From positions 1 to 64,000 of the IMG/VR virus record IMGVR_UViG_3300028384_000991: DNA of 64,000 nt, one strand, 5' to 3'. The notes beneath the pieces were generated by a model. The model searched no databases and was not told the DNA's origin. It saw only the letters and a list, made by a program, of their open reading frames with translations. The translations under genes were made by a program, and so were the position numbers. Shown piece after piece: positions 27,201-36,200 of this stretch; position 1 is the first letter of the stretch; every line of letters starts with the position of its first letter. Origin of the DNA: a virus.

Positions 27201-30200
27201 TAACGATGAACAACTATTACACAATAGAGATTATACATTTACTAACGAAGGGTTTATTCAAATTACTGATAAGGTAACTTTGGCAGTAGATGATATTGTA
27301 GATGTTTACGAGTATGAGTCAACTGATGCTTCGTACATTCCGCCTACTCCAACAAAGTTAGGATTATGGCCTTTGCACATTCCGGAAAAATACACGGACA
27401 ACACTTATCAAACTCCGCAGACTGTAATTAAAGGTCATGACGGTAGTATTATAAAAGCATATGGCGATTATCGTGACGATGTTATTTTAGAGTTAGAAAA
27501 AAGAATTTATAATAATGTCAAAGTAGCATACGATAAAGAAATTTTTGACGTTGATAGTTTTATTGGGCACAAGTCCAGAGATACAGGATTTACAAACGAA
27601 GATTTAGATGATATTATCATCACAGATTTTGCTGAATGGTTGGCAATAGCAGGTGATCCTGACTATACAGATAATAGTTTTTATGATAGAACAAATAGTT
27701 TTACATGGAACTACAGTTATATGTCAGATCCAGATAGTAAACCTCTACCTGGTTTTTGGAGAGCAATCTATAAACAATACTTTGGAACTGATACTCCTCA
27801 CACAACACCTTGGAAGATTTTAGGATTTATTGATAAGCCTGATTGGTGGGAAACAGTTTATGGTCCAGCACCATATACAAAAGAAAATTTAATTTTATGG
27901 GAAGATTTACAAGAAGGTAGAGTACGCCAGCCTGATAATCCTATAAGATATAGACCTAATTATGCAAGAAAAGATTTATTAAAATATATTCCAGTTGATA
28001 GTCAAGGTACATTATTAAGTCCATACGAGTCTGGTTATGCACAAGGATTAATTGTTCCAGAAACAAATAGACAGTTTGTCTTTGGAGATGAAGCACCAAC
28101 AGAAACAGCATGGCGTAGAAGTTCTGAACTTCCGTTTGCATATATTACTGCATGGGCAATTCATCAACCTGCAAAAGTTATTGGTCTTGGTTTTGATAGA
28201 TCAAGAATTAAACGTAATGCGGCAAACGATTTAGTGTACACAGGAAACGATAAGCGTGTTAGATTAAGCGATCTAATTTTCCCTAACACCTCAGATAGCA
28301 CAGTCAGGGTAACTACCGCTGGTTTGGTAAATTATATTTTTAATTACATCAATGCAGATGTTACTAAACTTAATGAAACTTATAGTAGCGAAGTAAAAAA
28401 TCTATCCGTTCAACTTGGATTTAAGATTGGCGGATTTACTACAAAAGACAAGTTTAGATTAATTTTAGATTCTCGTACACCTAATAACAAAGGTAACGTG
28501 TTTATTCCAGAAGAAAACTATAAACTATTTGTAAACACATCTTCGCCTATTGACACAGTATCTTATAGTGGTGTAATTATTGAAAAACGTCCAGGCGGTT
28601 ATATTGTAAGAGGATACGATAAAGCAAAGCCTTACTTTAATTATTATCCTTATATTGAACGTGCAAAGGATCCTGTAATTAATGTAGGCGGTGTTAGTGA
28701 ATCGTTTCTTGAATGGCAATCCGGACAGCGTTACCAAAAAGATCAGATTGTTAGATTTGGTGACAATTACTTTAGAGTTAAAGTAAGCGGAACGTTTGAT
28801 ACTTTCGAACAAGACAATTTTGCAAAACTTGCAGAACTTCCTATCGAAGGAGGTAAAGATGCAATACTGCGTAGAAACTTTGAAACAGAAACAGCAAAGT
28901 TAAACTATGGTACTTTGTATAGAACCACACAGGAAGTAGTAGACTTTTTACTTGGATATGGAAAATACTTAGAAGATAAAGGATTTGTCTTTAGTAAATT
29001 TAACAATAACATAGAGACTATTGAAAATTGGGAATTAAGTGCAAGAGAATTTTTATTCTGGACTACACAAAATTGGAATTCGGGTGCGTTAATTACATTG
29101 TCTCCAAGTGCAGTTAATCTACAGTTTTACAGAGACTATGCAGTTGTAGACAATATATTTGATAATTTCTATGATTATACATTGTTAAAAGCAGACGGGC
29201 AGAAACTTCAAGAAGACTTTGCTAACACAATTAGAAGCAGTCAAAATGAATTTGGATTAACTCTTAAAAATACAGCAGATGGAATTTACTTTGTAAAATT
29301 ACCACTTGTACAAAAAGAACACGTATGTTTACTTGATAATAAAACTGTGTTCAATGACACAATTTACAATCCTGGACCAGGATATAGACAGCAAAGAGTT
29401 AGAGTACTTGGTTACAGAAGTGTAGACTGGAACGGAAGTATTAACATTCCAGGATTTACTCTTGATAATGTAAAAATTACAGACTGGGCAGAAAATGTAG
29501 ATTATAATATTTCAGATGTTGTTTATTATAAAACACGTTATTATAGTGCAAAATATAAAATTCCTGGTGCTACAGAATTCAATGATGATGATTGGTATTT
29601 GTTAACTGATAAACCAGAACCTAAACTTATTCCAAACTTTGATTACAAAGCAAATCAGTTTGCAGATTTTTATGATCTTGATACAGATAACTTTGACAGT
29701 GAGCAACAGCGTCTTGCACAACATTTAATAGGATATCAAAAACGTACATATCTTGAAAATATTATCAATGACGATGTATCACAATATAAGTTCTATCAAG
29801 GATTTATTCAAGATAAAGGTACATTAAATTCTTTAGAAAAATTATTTGATGCGTTATCAAATACAGAAAATTCAAGTTTAGAATTTTTTGAAGACTGGGC
29901 ATTCAAAGTAGGACAATACGGTGCAAGTGATTCGTTTGAAGAAGTTGAATACGAAATTGATGAATCTAAAATAAGACTTAGTCCGCAACCGTTTCAATTA
30001 ACACAAACTATTGATCCTCTTGCCACAGACTTGGTTTATAGATATACTCCGGTTGATGTTTATAACAAACCTGAAAATTATAATCATGCACCGTTCCCAA
30101 CAAAATATATTGATGAAAATGATTCGTATATTAAGACTGCTGGCTATGTTGCAGAAGAAGATGTTGATTTTAAAGTAACAAATTATAATGATATTTTAGA

Positions 30201-33200
30201 TTTAGATCTAAACCAAGTTAGTGTTGGGCAGTATATTTGGGTAGCCAAGAGAGCACAAACTTGGGACGTACTTCGTCAAACTGAAACTGATATGAAAGTT
30301 GTCAGTATTATTAATAGTGACAGTTCTAAATCTATAGAAATTAAAACACGTAAAGCACCAACAGTTGAGAAAGATGATATAATTGGTGTATTGGGTGTTG
30401 GTACATCACAAAATAGATTCTATAAAGTTTTAAGAGTAAGTTTAGATGTTATCTATGCAGAAACCACAGGCGAAGTTGACGATGCTGAAGAAACAAGTGG
30501 ATTTATTTTAAAACTTATTAGTTCACGTGTATCAACATTGAATGATGTAAACAGCAAAATTACAAGAGACAATTATTCTACACAAGAGCGAGTTTGGGTT
30601 GACAATGACGAAAACAATAGATGGACAGTTGTTGAAAACACAAATAACTATGAACTACGTCAAAGTCTTGTTAATAGCACTATTCCAGGTACATTAGGAA
30701 CAGACACAAGATCTTTTGGAACAAGCATTTCTGCAAACAATAATAATACAATAGTTGTTGCAGGATCGCCAGGAACAACAGAAGCAGGTAGAGTAGATAT
30801 TCACTTTAGACCTGGAGAAAATATTAATCTTGTGTTATCACAATCAATTGATTGTCCAGAAAATTATCTAAGTGGCGAAAATAGTTTTGGTCGTGCAACA
30901 GCATTAAGTTCAGACGGTAAGTGGTTGTTTGTTGGTGTGCCGTATGCATCTAATGTTAAAACAAAATACAGAGGACAATTTGCACCAGCGGCAGTTTACC
31001 AAAAAGATGAAATTGTAAAATATACTAATCAATATTGGAAAGCAAAAAGCATTATTGAGCCAACAGATCCAAGTTTAGATTTTCCAAGTTTTAGTTCGCA
31101 CTTGCAACATTTGATTAGCACATATGACACAACCACTAATCAATATGATAACATTTATTATATTCTTAGAGGAAACTTCTTATTCCAAGAAGAACAAACC
31201 GATCATGTTCTAATTAGAGCACCAAGGCTTGCATACGTTGCAACAACACCAGGAGACGAACTTGAATTAGTATGGAATGATATTAATACAAGATACCCGA
31301 GCGGTGTGCAACCATTTAATGGCAATCCTACATTAAGTAAAACATTCTTTGACGGCAGACACGAAATTGCAGACAAAATTGATGATATATTATTAGTTGA
31401 TAATACACAGGCAATTCCAAGTGTAGGTGAAACTATATCAAGTTCGACAGCAGTTGGTATAGTTGCATTTGCATATACAACAGGTGATAACAGAACATTA
31501 ATTTATATTAGAGATGCTAATGGTGACTTTGAATCTACAGGTAATTTATTTGTAGGTGACATTGGCATTGGGGCATATGAAAGAGCAGTTGAACAAGATG
31601 TAGACGGACTTGGCGGTTGGTGGAAAATTAATGTTGGAAGTGATTATCAATCTATTGCAACTATTGAAACAAAACCATACCTTGTTATTAAAGATGTAAT
31701 TCAAGAAGGATCGGGTAGAACACCAAACTACTATGAAAATGTTTTAAGAATTACAGACGATCCAAGTTCACCTACAACAACATCGTACATTGAGTCACTT
31801 ACATTTACAGGTGACGACGGTGACGAAATTGCTGACAAGTGGGTATTTAGAGCACCAAGGTCTTTAGATGCTAATTTAGCAGTAGGTGATACATTAAACT
31901 TTTTCTTTAATGAATATAGAAATGCAGATAATTTACTACAAGATCCGTCAGTGATTTCAAGTGTTATTACACATGACTATCTCAACAACAATGCTCATAC
32001 AATTGATGATTTGTGGGACGGTTGGATTGAAGTAAACCTAACAAACTTTGATGATAGAGGATCTCCAACTGAAGGTGATGCTGATTACAATCCTAATTAC
32101 GGTAATCCATTTATTCCAGTTGTTGGTGATATTGTACAAGACAACGACACACTTGCTACTGCTGAAGTTACCTATGTTGAAAAAACATTTAATGATTTAA
32201 GACTATGGGTGAAAAATACAACAGGAACTTGGAAACTTGGTTTAAACAACGGAAACATATCAAGTTTAAGTATTGTGGGTGGCTCGCAAGGTGTAGGTGT
32301 TATCAGACTTGTAGGTACAACCGATACAGTAAATTTACAGTCAACAACAGCAGGCTTTATTGTTGTAGTTGATAGAGGAACAAATCTTCCAAGAGGAACA
32401 ACACGTACACTACAAGGTTTTGAATATTGGGTGTACAAGTCACAGTTATTAGATGGTATTGCAAGAGATGCTAATCCCCCATCTAAAACCAACAATGACT
32501 GGCAAAGGGTTTATAATATTCCAGCAGATGAAAGCGGAACAGCAAGTACGTTGCAAAGACAAGGTGCATATGCAATCTACGAACGTAATGCAAGTAACTT
32601 CTATCAATTAAACGGAATTTATGTAACACCAGATCTTGAAGCAGAACGTTATCTTGGCAGTGATATTAAAATTGTATCACATACAAATAATACCTACAGT
32701 GCTTACATTTTAAGTAAGGGTAATGGCACATTTGATCAACCAGGAAGAATAAACATTATAAACTGGTCAGCAGACGGCGGTTGGAAACTTGGTGCAGATG
32801 AAGATTATAGAGGTGACTTCTTAACCACTGTAACTTATTTCAAAGACGAATATGTAAAACAAAACGGAAATGTATATCAAGCAAAAACTAATCTAATACC
32901 AGGTGCGTTTGATGTAAATGACTGGGAAGAAATTACAACTGGTGTTGACCTAAACGGATTCCTACCAAACAGCACAGGATTTATCGTAGGCACTGACAGT
33001 GCAATTGAAACTGATAATTTATATGAGTTTGGAACCCAGTTCGGTGTAAGTTTCACAGGTGATGTATTAGCAACCATTGCCAAGTACGGTGATGCTGTTG
33101 ATAGTTCTATAGCAACAAGAAAGTTAGTAATTTACAGAAAATCGTTGTTAGGTCATTATGTATTTGATCAGATGATAGACGCTCCGTATGCTAATATCAA

Positions 33201-36200
33201 TTATGGTGACTCAATTGCAGTGTCCACTGATGGAAAGTTTATTGCAGTTGGTGCACCTAATTATACTGACACATATGCAAATCAAGGCACAGTATTCATA
33301 TACGAACAGGTTAACGGAAGATTTGAACAAGTACAGCATCTAACAGGTCCTAAAGGATTACCAAACGAAAAATTTGGTACAGTAGTTAGATACGACAATG
33401 ATAGAATTGTTGTACACTCAGCAGGTGGTGATCTGTTTAGTAATACCGAGATAGATTCAGGTACTACAGTGTTTGATAATGCTACAACAAGATTTACATC
33501 AAAACTTGTTGATACAGGTGAAGTTTTTGTATTTGAATTATTAGGTAATAGATACGTTTACAGTGACAAATTAGAATTTGCAGATACAAGAACATTGTAC
33601 TTTGGTAGAACAATGTTAATCAAAGGCAATCACATTTATGTTTCATTGCCACAATACACACGTGAAAATAATAATTCGTCAGGATTAGTTTTAGATTATA
33701 GAGTAAAATCTAATTCAAGACTTTGGGAAAGAAAACGTAATGCAAGGCCTCTGGTTAATCTTGACAAGATCAAAAGCATTTCTGTTTATAATAAAGATAC
33801 AAAAATTGTTGAAGAATATTTAGATTACATTGATCCAATCCAAGGAAAAATTGCTGGAACAGCAGAAGTAGAGTTATCCTTTAAAACATCATTCGATCCT
33901 GCAACATATAATAATGTAATAGAAGGAAAAGTAAACAAAGACATTACTACATTTACAGCAGGCGAAATGGTAGGAAAACTTTGGTGGGATACTGATGCTG
34001 TTAGATTTATTAATCCATATAGTAATACTGGAAACATATTTAATGTAAGCAATACAATGAATACAATTTTCCCAGGTACAGAAATTGAAGTTTACGAATG
34101 GGTTGAAAGTTTACTAACACCAGAACAATGGGACGCAGAAGCAGACTCAGAAAGTGGAGTTGCAAGAGGTATCAGTGGTACAACCAAGTACGGAATGAAT
34201 GCGTATAGTACTAAGAAAGTATATGATAAACCTGCACAAAAATTTACAACTTATTATTACTACTGGGTAAGAAATAAGAAAACTGTTCCAGATGTACCTG
34301 GTAGAACAGTAAGTGCCGCTGATGTACAAGAATTAATAAGAGATCCGTCAGGTCAAGGATACAAATATATTTCATTGTTGAACAACAACGAATGGACTAC
34401 ACATAATATTGAAAGCACTATTAGAGGATTAAACACTATTCTAAAATTTGCTTATTGGACTATTGACAATACTGAGAAAAATATTCACAATCAATATGCA
34501 ATTATTACAGATGGATTAGAAACAAGTGTTCCTAAATCCGATCTTGAACGCAAGTGGTTTGATAGTTTGATTGGTTATGACGAACAAGGTAGAGAAGTTC
34601 CTGATAGATTCTTAAGCGAAAAACAACGTTATGGTATTCTTAATACACCAAGACAAACAATGTTTGTTAACAGAATTGAGGCACTAAAACAACTTGTAGA
34701 AAGAATTAACGGAGTGTTAATTAAGAATGTTTTAATTGACGACTTTGACTTATCTAATTTAGAAGAGAATGATCCTATACCAACATTAGCGTCAAGACGT
34801 TATGATGTACAGATTGATTCCAATAAAGAATTAGAATTTGTAGCAGTAGGAAGAGTACAACGTGCAACATTATCTGCAACAATTCAAGATGGTAAAATTT
34901 TAAGAGTTGATATTACCAATCCTGGTAGAGGATATAAAACAGTACCAACTGTAAAAATCAACAGTTCTACCGGTGAAGATGCAGAAATTGCATTAGAGAT
35001 TAATAATGTAGGTACTGTTACAAGTGCTACAGTAATTGACAGCGGAAGAAATTACCAACAAGGCGATACAATTACTGTGAGAAACTTTACAGTATTAACA
35101 ACTGTAGATGAAAGTTATGCAAATAAATGGTCGTTATATGAATACCAAGGCGGTACTGATCCTTGGGATAGAGTTGCAAGTCAACGTTTTGATGTTAAGC
35201 CTTATTGGAATTATGTAGATTGGTATGCAACAGGTTATAACGATTTAACAAAAGCAGACTTTGTTATTGATGAAACATATGAATTGGAATCTTTAGATGA
35301 TTCGTTTGGTAGTATTGTTAAAATTAATTCTGTAGGTTCGGGCGGATGGCTATTGCTTAGAAAAATTGATGATCAAGCCAATGTTGACTATACAGTTAAC
35401 TACGAAACTATTGGTAGACAAAATGCTACTATACAATTAGATAAATCTATTTACGATTACAATGATCAATTGGTTGGCTTTGATAGTTTTGGTTATGACG
35501 ATAGTGCATTTGATTTACAACCAGTTGACGAATTAAGAATAATCTTTAAAGCACTAAGAGATAAAATTTTAGTTGATAATTTAGCAATTCATTACAATGA
35601 ATTATTTTTTGCACAGATGCGTTATGTGTTATCAGAACAAAAATTTGTTGATTGGATGTTTAAGACAAGTTTTGTAAAAGCAAAACACAATATTGGTAAA
35701 CTAAGAAAAGATATAACATTTAATAATGACTTCTTAGAAAGTTATGAAGCGTATGCTAATGAAGTAAAACCATACAAAACTAAGATAAGAGAATACCTAA
35801 GCACATATGAAGGTGAAGAAAAATCTCAAACAATGGTTACGGATTTTGACTTACCAGCAGTGTATGACGAACAGCAAGGAAAAATTGTTCCTCAAAATGC
35901 TGTTGTAGTAGATGACGAAGTACGTGTTGCAAGTGATGTAATTAATTCTTATCCATACAAACATTGGAAAGACAATGCAAGTTTTCAAATCAAAGAAATT
36001 AGCATTGCTGATGCAGGTTCAGGATATGAAAATGCTCCTGGTGTTGAATTTGTCGGCGGTGGCGGCACAGGCGCTACAGCAACAGCATATGTTGGTGGCG
36101 GAAAAATTACTGAAATAAAAATTGATAATCCTGGAACAGGTTATGTAAGTGCGCCAAGTATTGTTCTAAATGGTTCGGTTGCAGATGGCGGTAGAACTGC